DNA of 64,000 bases, from assembly GCA_024277525.1 (NCBI GenBank), contig JAJRUZ010000021.1:6480-70479 (forward strand), given 5' to 3'. Below are positions 10,273 to 19,564 of this stretch, piece by piece. The position numbers were made by a program, and so were the translations under genes. Numbering within the stretch: position 1 is the stretch's first letter; every line of letters starts with the position of its first letter. The notes beneath the pieces are model-generated. The model made no database searches, was not told where the DNA came from, and saw nothing but the letters and a program-made list of their open reading frames with translations. Source of the stretch: a candidate division WOR-3 bacterium (GTDB lineage Bacteria; Hydrothermota; Hydrothermia; Hydrothermales; JAJRUZ01).

Positions 10273-11702
10273 GTTATTTTTATTATGAATTTTTGAAGTT
10301 TATGCTTTACATTTTCATCCTTAATTGTTCCGAGTATTTTATTCGATATTTCATATACTGCATTTGATGGGAGTACAAATGCTTCCTTTTCCATAGGAAA
10401 ATCACGTACTTTTACTTTAAATTCCGAAAAATTAATTTTTTTAATTTCTTTAAGTTTTGTATAATTTACGATTCTTTCGTGTGCGTACCTGCTTATAAGA
10501 ATATAATTCTCTCCGAAAAGATCTTTAAAAATCTCCAATTTTGTAATCTCTTCAAATCTTGCAACGCGGTTAGCAACCCTTCCGCATATAGAATAGTCAA
10601 CGAATTCTTCACCATCCAAATTTGCTACAAGTACTCTTCCATAGTCAACTGCTATTCCGAAAACCGGTCTGAAGTTCGGAAATTTTCCTTTTTTACTTTG
10701 AGCAATTAAAGATATTATACATGCTGTAAGAAGTCCGTAAATAGAAGCTTTACCCTGGGTGTATCTTTCTTCACAGAAGGCATAAATGCAGTCTCCTATT
10801 AATTTAAGTGTTGAAATGTCTTTTATAGCAGGAACCAATTCTTTATAAATATCCTTCAAAAAATGCATCACAAATTTCGGGTCTTCATGGGATTCAAGAA
10901 AAGAAGTAAACTTTCTTAAATCTGCTTGAACAACACAGACGAAACTTTCTTTCGGATCCAAGATGTGCTGTAATTCTTCTTTAGGATTTTTGCTTTCGAT
11001 AATTAACTTTGCAAGATGAGCAGGTAAAAAACGAAGAGCAGCTCTTAATCTTGCTCGGTTTGCTTCTTCAAGTGATTTATTTAATTTGAATTCTCTATAG
11101 CTTTGGAGGTCAAAAAAATAACAATAGATTACAACAAGTGTAAAACAAAGAGATATCACTACCAAGTAAAATATATAAGCAGTTGTAAGGTTAACTTTAC
11201 CTATCAAGATCCCCATTGATATTACCGTAAGATACCCGATAAAATGTAGGGAAGTTGCTTTAAAGAATGTAAGCGGAAGAATTGCAGCGACTCCGAGTGA
11301 AATGCAGACCGAACCGAGGGTATAAAGTGAAGCGGCTTGCGGAGTAGCCCAGGTAAGGAGACCTTGAAAAAAGAAAGCAGAAAGCCCGCCCAAAAATGCA
11401 ATCAGATCTGTATGCTTATTTGCTAATTTTGTATAGGAGAGAAAGGCAAATATAATCAGAACCATTGCTCCTGTAATTCTTACGAAGAAATACCACGGAT
11501 AAAAAGGAGAATTCATTATATAAAGATCAAGTAAGATACATGAGAGCCATATTGCTGCTCCTAAAAAAATTCCCACTTTCAGACGCCAGTGTAACATTTT
11601 TCTTCTGCTTTCTATAAACTCCTTGTCTTTATAATTTACGCCGATTATTTTTAACATTTTTTCATAATAAAATAAGGATTGAAATATTTTCAAATTTTGC
11701 AT
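10269..11702 (-). CDS. Membrane-anchored class III adenylate/guanylate cyclase (polytopic N-terminal domain + C-terminal cyclase domain)
   Basis: 477 aa. N-terminal ~200 aa has 6-7 hydrophobic helices. C-terminal cyclase motifs: KLIGDCIYAFCEE (metal-binding Asp), GIAVDYGRVLVANLDGEEFVDYSICGRVANRVARFEE (transition-state Asn/Arg). Confidence 0.7.
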   Translation of the reverse strand: MQNLKIFQSLFYYEKMLKIIGVNYKDKEFIESRRKMLHWRLKVGIFLGAAIWLSCILLDLYIMNSPFYPWYFFVRITGAMVLIIFAFLSYTKLANKHTDLIAFLGGLSAFFFQGLLTWATPQAASLYTLGSVCISLGVAAILPLTFFKATSLHFIGYLTVISMGILIGKVNLTTAYIFYLVVISLCFTLVVIYCYFFDLQSYREFKLNKSLEEANRARLRAALRFLPAHLAKLIIESKNPKEELQHILDPKESFVCVVQADLRKFTSFLESHEDPKFVMHFLKDIYKELVPAIKDISTLKLIGDCIYAFCEERYTQGKASIYGLLTACIISLIAQSKKGKFPNFRPVFGIAVDYGRVLVANLDGEEFVDYSICGRVANRVARFEEITKLEIFKDLFGENYILISRYAHERIVNYTKLKEIKKINFSEFKVKVRDFPMEKEAFVLPSNAVYEISNKILGTIKDENVKHKLQKFIIKIT

Positions 11703-11736
11703 TTAAGATATTTTTTATTTTATTATTTATAAATAA

Positions 11737-11936
11737 AAGGTCAGGTGCCGGGAAGTGGGTGAAAATCCCACACCGCCCCCGCGACCGTGATGGACCGGTA
11801 GGGAGGACCCTTCGGGGCAAAAGCCCGCCACTGGGAAAAAGGGTAATACTCCATCATAAGGAGTATTTGCTCTTTTCCTGGGAAGGTGGAAGGGTCCCTC
11901 CAAGAAGGTCCTGAGTCGGGAGACCGACCTGACCTT
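11737..11936 (+). ncRNA. Cobalamin (B12) riboswitch aptamer, 5' leader of the receptor/importer operon. The expression platform extends to ~12000.
   Basis: Sharply GC-rich island in an AT-rich genome. GGTGCCGGGAAGTGGGTGAAAATCCCACACCGCCCCCGC matches the conserved 5' core. A B12-box AGTCGGGAGACCGACC lies at ~11908-11924. The P1 helix is AAGGTCAGGT (11738-11747) paired with ACCTGACCTT (~11926-11935). The element sits directly upstream of the RBS and ATG at 12012. Confidence 0.85.
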
Positions 11937-12011
11937 TCAATGCCCCGGGGTGAAGGGCTATTAAACCGGGTTACACTCCCGACCCGGGTCCTTTAATTTA
12001 AGGAGGTTTAA

Positions 12012-13814
12012 ATGCTTAAACTCCTTATAATTCTCCAGGTGTACGGGGGAATTACACCTGGAGCAAAAGTCTATGAAATTCCCCCGATAGAAGTCTCTGC
12101 AAAATATCAAGAAAACATTCTATCCTCAAAAGGCACAACATATCTTGTTGATTCCACACTCCTAAACACCTTTCCTTATGACCCTTATTTCACAAATGTT
12201 TTCTATATTCCTTCGGTAACAGCCAATATCTATGGATTTCCCGGATATCTCCAAACCGTATCCTCAAGAGGTTTTTCCTCAACCAGAACCGGCATATATT
12301 TTGAAGGATTTAAACTCAATTCAAGAAGCTCCGGAAGTTTTAATCTTTCACTCCTTTCAGGACTTCCTCTCTCCGGAATCGAAATGCTTTCCTCCTCTGG
12401 ATCCTCTGTTTACGGTGAAAATACACCCGCGGGTGTCCTTAATCTTAAATTAAAAAGAAAACCCGGATTTAATCTTAAAGGAGGAGCAGGTAATTTAAGA
12501 ACAACCCTTTTTTCCGGAGAAATAGGTCTGCCTTTTACATATATTTATTATTCAAACTATACATCAATTCCCCTATCCCCAAATAAAGAAACACATCTAT
12601 CAAAATATACCTCCTTGATCGAAAATGAAAATTTTAAATCCATTCTTTTATATTCAAAAAATAATATAGGTAATCCTACCTCCTATGTAAAAAAAGAAAA
12701 GGATGAACTTCTGCTTTTCGGAAACAGATTTAATTATAAGTTTTTCAATATTGGTTATCAGTATAAAAAAGAATCGATCAAAATAGACACTTTAATATAT
12801 ACCAAAGATACGGCATACGGATTCTTAGAGAAAATAAATGTTTTACAAAAGGAGAGTTATAAAGCATGGAATGTATCCAATAGAATTTTCGGGGATTTTG
12901 TTTTACCTTTAAATGTATTAAAAATAAGATTGGGTTTTGAGTATGAAAAAGAGTATTTAAGAGGAACATTATTTGAAGAACAGGATACTTTAAATCCGGA
13001 GGACGAAAGACTATATCCCTATTTTTCCTTTGATTTACTCATACCCGGTTTCACTCCGTATTTTGAAGGAGGTAAGGAATTAAAAGGAATCTTTAAAACA
13101 GAGAGTCCTTTTATTTACAGAACGGGTTTTATTTTTTATTCAGAATATTTATCCCTGTTTTTCAATTATTCAAGAGGCTTTAAAGCACCAACCCTTTTTG
13201 ATCTTTACTGGCCTAACACAGGGTTATTTAAAGGAAATCCTGATTTAAAAAGTGAAGAATCAAAAGAAATGGAAGGAGGAATCAGGGTATTATCTGATGG
13301 TTTTTATATGAGTCTTTCTTATTTTAAAAGAAGACTTATTAACGGAATCGTTTGGGCACCGACCCAGAATTGGATGTGGACACCTCAAAATATTGCAGAA
13401 ATTAAAACACAAGGACTCGAAGGAATGATTAATGTAAAAAAAGAAGAATATCTCTTAAATATGAATTTCATTTTTTATAAAGACAGAAAGCAGATAGAAA
13501 ATAATATAGAAACTACACTCTTCTATGTTCCGACATATCAATTTACATTCCTCATAGGGGAAAATTTAAAAAATTTCTCTTTTTATTATAGAGCAAGATT
13601 TATAGGACCTCATCTTTCTTATGACCCTGAAACATTCCGGAATGTTGAAATAAAACATATTGTATTTAATGATTTATCTTTTAAGTTCAAGTTAAACCCT
13701 TACTTGCGGATTTTAATCCTGATAACCAATTTTGATAATAAACCTTATGAGTTTATAAAAGGTTATCCATTAGAAAGAAGAAGAATCTATGTATTTGCTG
13801 AGGCAAATATTTAA
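12012..13814 (+). CDS. Outer-membrane receptor/porin, probable TonB-dependent cobalamin receptor (BtuB-like, short form)
   Basis: 600 aa with a signal peptide and beta-strand-rich sequence. Sits immediately downstream of the B12 riboswitch and upstream of BtuF/BtuC homologues. No clear TonB box seen, so the functional call is by context. Confidence 0.55.
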   Translation: MLKLLIILQVYGGITPGAKVYEIPPIEVSAKYQENILSSKGTTYLVDSTLLNTFPYDPYFTNVFYIPSVTANIYGFPGYLQTVSSRGFSSTRTGIYFEGFKLNSRSSGSFNLSLLSGLPLSGIEMLSSSGSSVYGENTPAGVLNLKLKRKPGFNLKGGAGNLRTTLFSGEIGLPFTYIYYSNYTSIPLSPNKETHLSKYTSLIENENFKSILLYSKNNIGNPTSYVKKEKDELLLFGNRFNYKFFNIGYQYKKESIKIDTLIYTKDTAYGFLEKINVLQKESYKAWNVSNRIFGDFVLPLNVLKIRLGFEYEKEYLRGTLFEEQDTLNPEDERLYPYFSFDLLIPGFTPYFEGGKELKGIFKTESPFIYRTGFIFYSEYLSLFFNYSRGFKAPTLFDLYWPNTGLFKGNPDLKSEESKEMEGGIRVLSDGFYMSLSYFKRRLINGIVWAPTQNWMWTPQNIAEIKTQGLEGMINVKKEEYLLNMNFIFYKDRKQIENNIETTLFYVPTYQFTFLIGENLKNFSFYYRARFIGPHLSYDPETFRNVEIKHIVFNDLSFKFKLNPYLRILILITNFDNKPYEFIKGYPLERRRIYVFAEANI

Positions 13815-14571
13815 TTTATTTTTGTTTTACGGGGTCCTCTTTTGCGGAGGACCCCGAATTATTTCTCTTGCTCCAAGTATAACCGATTTTTTAATAAGAT
13901 TTAAACTTGAAAAATACATCGTCGGAAAAACTTACCTTGACCCTGATTATATAAATGCAGAAATTGTCTTAGGTTCTTCAATGAGGATTTCACACGAAAA
14001 AATAATAAATCTAAAACCCACTCATATAATAACAGCAGGGCTTGTTCCTGAGGAAGATTTTGAATTTATAAGAAATAAAAAAATAAAAATCATTTCCCTT
14101 AAATATGAAACACTGTTAGACATAGCAGAAACTTTTTTAATCTTAGGGAAAGAATTTAATTTGCAAGAGAAAAGTTTATTTTTATTAAAAAGTTTCCTTG
14201 ATTCACTTTATTTGTTTAAAAATAAAAAAAACGGCAAAAAAGTCCTTTATATTTTAGATATGACAGGCGGTATATGGACATGCGGTAAAAATACATTTAT
14301 TTCTGACCTTTTAAGATGGGTCGGATTCAAAAATATAGGAGATGTTTTTAAAGATTATAAAATTATTTCTCCGGAATTAATTCTGAAAGAAAAGCCTGAT
14401 ATTGTGATATTTGCATTTAAAAGCCCTGAAAATTATTTTAAAGGAACATTTCTTGAAAAACTTTCAGCCATTAAGAAAAATAAATTCTATTCTGTTCCGA
14501 ATTCCGATTATTTTTCAAGACCTTCTCCCAAGATTTTAAAAGCATTAAAATTTCTTTCCGAAATAAATTGA
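13789..14571 (+). CDS. ABC-type periplasmic binding protein, BtuF / iron-siderophore-binding family (cluster A-II)
   Basis: 260 aa. N-terminal PRIISLAPSITDFL matches the BtuF/FhuD consensus (RIVSLAPSLTE). Start overlaps the end of the receptor gene. Confidence 0.75.
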   Translation: MYLLRQIFNLFLFYGVLFCGGPRIISLAPSITDFLIRFKLEKYIVGKTYLDPDYINAEIVLGSSMRISHEKIINLKPTHIITAGLVPEEDFEFIRNKKIKIISLKYETLLDIAETFLILGKEFNLQEKSLFLLKSFLDSLYLFKNKKNGKKVLYILDMTGGIWTCGKNTFISDLLRWVGFKNIGDVFKDYKIISPELILKEKPDIVIFAFKSPENYFKGTFLEKLSAIKKNKFYSVPNSDYFSRPSPKILKALKFLSEIN

Positions 14572-15500
14572 ATAAAAAAAACGTAATTCTTTCTTTAATA
14601 TTTTTAATTCTCTTTGTGATTTCCATATTTATGGGACCTGTAATAGAAATTAACAAATTTATAATTTTAGAAATAAGGCTACCGAGAATAATTCTTGCCT
14701 CCCTTATAGGAGCCTTGCTTTCATTGGCGGGTCTACTGACCCAGACCCTTTTCAGGAATCCCATAGCAGAGCCTTATCTTCTGGGGATATCGGCGGGTGC
14801 TGCTCTGGGAGCTTTTATTTCAAAATATTTTTTAAATTTATTCCCTTATCAGGGGCAATTTTTCGCCTTTCTTTTCTCGCAACTTATTGTATTAATTGCA
14901 ATTTTTATATCAATGAGAGATGGATTTTTGCCACGCGAGACTCTTTTGCTTGCAGGAATAGCTCTTTCACTTCTTGCTTCAGGAATTTTATCCTTACTTA
15001 TCTTCCTTTCACCTTCGGAAAGAATAAAAATATTTTTCTGGCTCTTCGGAAGTTTCTCATATGCTCAATGGAAAGATGTTATTCCTGTTACGGTTATTTT
15101 CATGCTCTCTGTGTGGTATATTTTTTTTAATTCAAGAAAATATGACCTTATGCTTCTATCTGATGAGGAAGCAATCACACTTGGACTCAATATAAAGAAA
15201 GAAAGAATTTTCCTTGCGTTTTTCATTTCAATAATAACAGGGGTTTCGGTTTCAATAACCGGAATTATCGGATTCATAGGATTGATGGTGCCTCACATAT
15301 CACGGAGATTGACCAGTTCCGGTATTCATAAAAATATGATTATGCCTTGTATCTTAACGGGAGCAATCCTTTTGGTTTTATGCGATGATTTTTCAAGAAC
15401 CCTCTTTAACGGAGCAGAAATTCCGGTAGGTGTATTTACTTCATTAATAGGGGTTCCATTTTTCATATCCCTTTTATTTAAACCCGGATCCATAAGTTGA
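14568..15500 (+). CDS. FecCD-family ABC permease (BtuC-like)
   Basis: 310 aa, ~9 TM helices. ILASLIGALLSLAGLLTQTLFRNPIAEPYLLGISAGAALGA is the FecCD signature. Start ATGA overlaps the binding-protein stop. Confidence 0.85.
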   Translation: MNKKNVILSLIFLILFVISIFMGPVIEINKFIILEIRLPRIILASLIGALLSLAGLLTQTLFRNPIAEPYLLGISAGAALGAFISKYFLNLFPYQGQFFAFLFSQLIVLIAIFISMRDGFLPRETLLLAGIALSLLASGILSLLIFLSPSERIKIFFWLFGSFSYAQWKDVIPVTVIFMLSVWYIFFNSRKYDLMLLSDEEAITLGLNIKKERIFLAFFISIITGVSVSITGIIGFIGLMVPHISRRLTSSGIHKNMIMPCILTGAILLVLCDDFSRTLFNGAEIPVGVFTSLIGVPFFISLLFKPGSIS

Positions 15501-15599
15501 GCAAAGACCTTTTTAATGAATGAAGCAAAGGGTTTCCTTATTATGTTGCGTTATATTATTCATCATTCATAAAATTTGCATAAAGATGTGACTCTTATG

Positions 15600-16685
15600 C
15601 TAAAAAATTAATTTTCGGGTGTTACAATCAAAAAACCTTATTTTATCTTCACGAAATTTTATATAAACATAATTATCTATCCCTAAACCTATCTCTGCTT
15701 TTGAAAATGCTTTTATTGTAAAATCTTCAATTTTTAATGTTAAAAGCTGAGTGTAACCGAGTTCTTCTTTTAAAAGAATTTTTGAACAAAGTGAACCCCT
15801 ACACTTATTGGCATAAATTTCTATATTTTCCGCCCTGATACCTATAATAAATTCCTTTAATTTTTTTCTTTCAATTTCGTTTCTTATTTTATCACTTAAT
15901 TCGAATTTTTGATTTCCTATAAAGATTTCACCGTTTTCATATCTTGCTTTTAAAAAATTCATTGAAGGGATACCTATAAATTCTCCTACTTTTATTGTTG
16001 AAGGAAATTCATATATTTCCTTAGGATTCGAAATTTGAACTATTTCTCCATCAAACATAACTGCTATTCTATCCCCGAGTGAAAGGGCTTCTATCTGGTC
16101 ATGAGTTACATATACAGTTGTTGTCCCCAAATCCCTGTGTAATTTTTTTAACTCCGTTCTCATTTCTGCTCTTAATAAAGCATCAAGATTTGATAATGGC
16201 TCATCCATTAATAAAACATCCGGGTCAACCGCAAGCGCCCTGGCAACAGCAACCCTTTGTTTTTGTCCACCGGAAAGTTGAGAGGGAAATCTATCAAGTA
16301 AATTATCAATTTTCAATAGTTTTGAAACCTCCTTTATTTTTTTGTCTATCTCTTGTCTCGGAAATTTTCTCATTTTTAACCCGAAAGCAATGTTATTATA
16401 AACCTTCATATGAGGAAAAACAGCATAATTCTGGAAAACCATTGAAATGTTTCTTTTTGAAGGGGGTAACTCTGTAACGTCTCTATCACCTATAAAAATC
16501 TTTCCTTTATCAACTTTTTCAAGCCCTGCTATACACCTCAGGGTCGTTGTTTTACCGCATCCTGAAGGACCGAGAAGAACAAGAAACTCACCGCTTTTCA
16601 CTTCAAGGCTTAAATTCTTTAATACTTTGTTTCCGCCGAAACTTTTTTCTATATTCAAAAGCACCACCCCCTTTTTACTCATCAT
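15600..16685 (-). CDS. Sugar-type ABC transporter ATP-binding protein (MalK/UgpC-like, with C-terminal TOBE domain)
   Basis: 361 aa. Walker A GPSGCGKTT, signature LSGGQKQRVAVARAL, Walker B LLMDEPLSNLD, H-loop. Confidence 0.85.
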   Translation of the reverse strand: MMSKKGVVLLNIEKSFGGNKVLKNLSLEVKSGEFLVLLGPSGCGKTTTLRCIAGLEKVDKGKIFIGDRDVTELPPSKRNISMVFQNYAVFPHMKVYNNIAFGLKMRKFPRQEIDKKIKEVSKLLKIDNLLDRFPSQLSGGQKQRVAVARALAVDPDVLLMDEPLSNLDALLRAEMRTELKKLHRDLGTTTVYVTHDQIEALSLGDRIAVMFDGEIVQISNPKEIYEFPSTIKVGEFIGIPSMNFLKARYENGEIFIGNQKFELSDKIRNEIERKKLKEFIIGIRAENIEIYANKCRGSLCSKILLKEELGYTQLLTLKIEDFTIKAFSKAEIGLGIDNYVYIKFREDKIRFFDCNTRKLIF

Positions 16686-16686
16686 C

Positions 16687-17487
16687 TTAAAAACCGCCCC
16701 ACATTTTCATAAGATAATTCCTTATAAAAAATATAAAAATAATTGCAGGTACGGAAAGGAAAAATCCTCCTGCATATTTGAAATACAAAGGGGAAGCATC
16801 CAATAAATTCAAAATATGAGCAGATAAAGTTCTATTCTCCACAGTCAGGATACTTGCAGCAAATACCTCATTCCAGGAGGTTATAAAGGTAAAAATAAGC
16901 ATAGCAGCTATGCCGGGCAGGGATAAGGGTAAAAGAATTTTTAAAAATGCTTTTAATTTTGAAGCACCGAAGACAATTGCAGCTTCTTCATATTCCTTTG
17001 AAATTCTTATAAAAATGCCTGAAAGTATTATTATTGAAAAAGGTAAAGCCATTGCGGTATGAATGAGTGCAACTCCCAAAAGGTTGTCATAAAGGGAGAG
17101 CGTTATATAAAAACTTGTTAAAGGAACAGCAAGTAAAGGAATCGGTAACATTCTTGTCATTAAGATAAATATTTTCAAACTTTCCCTTCCTTTAAAATAA
17201 TATCTTGAAAAGGCATAGGCGGAAGGAATTGAAATAAAGAGAACAAGAATAAGTGTGATAAAGGCAACAATTAAACTGTTTTTAAAAGAGGATATTGTTC
17301 CGTAAGATGAAAAAAAGAATTTTATGCTTTCAAGGGAGAAGTCTTTCGGAAGCAAATTCTTCGGCCATTTATAAACCTCTTGTTTGGAAGAAAAAGTGCT
17401 CACGGTAATTAAAAATACAGGCAACAGTACCCATAAAGAAATTATTGTGAATGTTATAATCTGTGCAAATTTTTTAAATATTTTCAT
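16687..17487 (-). CDS. ABC transporter permease (MalG/UgpE-like)
   Basis: 266 aa, 6 TM helices. EAA-like loop ...YEEAAIVFGASKLKAFLKILLP. Confidence 0.8.
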   Translation of the reverse strand: MKIFKKFAQIITFTIISLWVLLPVFLITVSTFSSKQEVYKWPKNLLPKDFSLESIKFFFSSYGTISSFKNSLIVAFITLILVLFISIPSAYAFSRYYFKGRESLKIFILMTRMLPIPLLAVPLTSFYITLSLYDNLLGVALIHTAMALPFSIIILSGIFIRISKEYEEAAIVFGASKLKAFLKILLPLSLPGIAAMLIFTFITSWNEVFAASILTVENRTLSAHILNLLDASPLYFKYAGGFFLSVPAIIFIFFIRNYLMKMWGGF

Positions 17488-18334
17488 AAACCGGCTCCTT
17501 ATATGTTAAGAATTTTAAATAAATTGCAGTTAATAAAAGTGATAAGATTATTATAACAACCGCATAACAGGACGCAATGTGTGAATTTCTGTATATGTAA
17601 TACCAGAAATAGGTTTCACCCGAAAGAACAGGTATCATGTCTCCGGCAAGTGCTATCACAACTGCAAACATTTGAAATGCAAAAAGTGTTCTTATTATTA
17701 AAGCTGATTGAATGGATGGCTTTAATAGAGGAATGATTATATAAAATATTCTTTTAAAAAAATTTGCTCCGAAGACATTTGCAGCATCAATGTAATCTTT
17801 TTCTATCATTTGAAGCCCTGCTATTAATATAATAAGTACAATCGCGGTTGCCCTCCAGTGTTCGGCGATTAAGATTGATGTAAATAAAAGGGGTATGTTT
17901 TCATAGGAGAGAAAGTATACGGGCTTTTTTATTAAACCCAGAAAATAAAAAAAAGAATTTAAAAAACCGTGCTCAGTGAAAATTGAGAGGAAAATTAAAC
18001 CCGCAGCAAGATCGGATATTGCAAGGGGTATTGAACATATAAAAAGTAAGGTTTTTGAACCTTTAAAGTTTCTGTTTATAAAAAGAGCAATCAAAAATGC
18101 GGTAATCAATTGAAGCGGAACAATCGTAACTGCAAACATTAATGTGTATTTGATTGCTGAAAAAAATCTCGGATCCCTCAATAATTCTCTGAAATAAATG
18201 AGTGTAAATTTGTTATTTTCATCAAAAAAAGCAAGCTTTAAAGCATTAAAAAATGGATTGAAAAAGAAAAGAAGGATATAGAGTAAGAGGGGTAAAAGTA
18301 AAACATAGGGAAAATATTTCTCATTTAATTTCAT
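17474..18334 (-). CDS. ABC transporter permease (MalF/UgpA-like)
   Basis: 286 aa, 6 TM helices. EAA loop YIDAANVFGANFFKRIFYIIIP. Confidence 0.8.
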   Translation of the reverse strand: MKLNEKYFPYVLLLPLLLYILLFFFNPFFNALKLAFFDENNKFTLIYFRELLRDPRFFSAIKYTLMFAVTIVPLQLITAFLIALFINRNFKGSKTLLFICSIPLAISDLAAGLIFLSIFTEHGFLNSFFYFLGLIKKPVYFLSYENIPLLFTSILIAEHWRATAIVLIILIAGLQMIEKDYIDAANVFGANFFKRIFYIIIPLLKPSIQSALIIRTLFAFQMFAVVIALAGDMIPVLSGETYFWYYIYRNSHIASCYAVVIIILSLLLTAIYLKFLTYKEPVYENI

Positions 18335-19562
18335 TATCAGGAGGGGGAAGAGAAGCTCCTTTCTCTTTAAATAACTTTATTATTTTTTTCTTATAAAACG
18401 GAAGAATATCCATTGGATTTTTATTTTTTATTACTATCTCCTTGAAAACATCCCTGTATATTTTCGTGAATTCTCCCTGTTTATTCCCGAGTCCCCCGGG
18501 AATAAATGACACAATTAAGTTTTTTCCAGAATTTTGTTTTTTAACTCCTTCTGCGATTTTTTTGATTCCTTTTTCAAGACCCTCAAAACTTATATTTTCT
18601 ACAACAGGCAAAAATCCCGTGCCTTTCAATATTTCCCTTTGAATTTCCGGCTTAACAAGGAACTCTATAAGGGAAAAGGCGTAATCTTTTGAAGGAGCTG
18701 TCTCAGGAACCGCAAGACCCGAAAGAACCACTATAATACCTCTTCCCTTTTTTCCCATCGGTGAGGAAAAAATTACAAAATCATCCGGTCTTTCAATTAT
18801 TGCGCTCTTGATTCTGGAAATATGGTCCCATGCAATCCATACTTCTTCTGAAAGAAGGGGGGTATCCATTTTTTCCCATCTTGCCGAGCCGGGATTCGTG
18901 TATTTCCACAGATTTTTTACATAATTCCACATTTCTATTGCATCTTCACTGTCAAATTTTATAATCTGAGCTTCTGTAAATGAAGGATAAAGGTATCCGT
19001 GCAAGAATCTGTGAATCAAACCCCTGGGACCCGCTGGTAAGCCGAATTTTCTTTCTCCGGTTTTCTCCCAAATTCCTTTAACCCATAATAAGAGGTCATT
19101 ATAAGTTAAAGAATCAATATTTACACCAGGAGGTAAGTATTCAAGAGCCTTTTTATTTGCCACAAAAATATATGTTCCTTGGAGCCAGGGTATGTAAATT
19201 GTTTTACCTTTATATTTATTGTATTTTAAAGCAAAGGGTAAAAAATTTATTTTTTTCTTTTTAAGGTTTGATAAAAAATTTTTTAAATCAATAAAAGCCT
19301 CTCCTATGGACTCAAAATCACTTGAAAGTCCTCCTGCAAGGGATATCTTTCCCTTTTTTGCTTTGTATTCCGCATTTATCCTGTCCTGAAATTCTCCGTA
19401 ATTTGCACCTAAGAATATAACTTTTATTTTATTTCTTTTTTCAAATTCAGAAAGAACATTTTTTCTGAACCACTCGGCTTCTTCAATAGGCACAAGTTGA
19501 GTTGAAATAAAATATAATTTATTTAAGCCGAATAATAGAAAAAGAAACAAAAGATTGCCCAT
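18321..19562 (-). CDS. Extracellular solute-binding protein of the sugar ABC transporter
   Basis: 413 aa with an N-terminal signal/anchor. Family 1 solute-binding-protein-like, in operon with the two permeases and the ATPase. Confidence 0.65.
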   Translation of the reverse strand: MGNLLFLFLLFGLNKLYFISTQLVPIEEAEWFRKNVLSEFEKRNKIKVIFLGANYGEFQDRINAEYKAKKGKISLAGGLSSDFESIGEAFIDLKNFLSNLKKKKINFLPFALKYNKYKGKTIYIPWLQGTYIFVANKKALEYLPPGVNIDSLTYNDLLLWVKGIWEKTGERKFGLPAGPRGLIHRFLHGYLYPSFTEAQIIKFDSEDAIEMWNYVKNLWKYTNPGSARWEKMDTPLLSEEVWIAWDHISRIKSAIIERPDDFVIFSSPMGKKGRGIIVVLSGLAVPETAPSKDYAFSLIEFLVKPEIQREILKGTGFLPVVENISFEGLEKGIKKIAEGVKKQNSGKNLIVSFIPGGLGNKQGEFTKIYRDVFKEIVIKNKNPMDILPFYKKKIIKLFKEKGASLPPPDNEIK

Positions 19563-19564
19563 AT

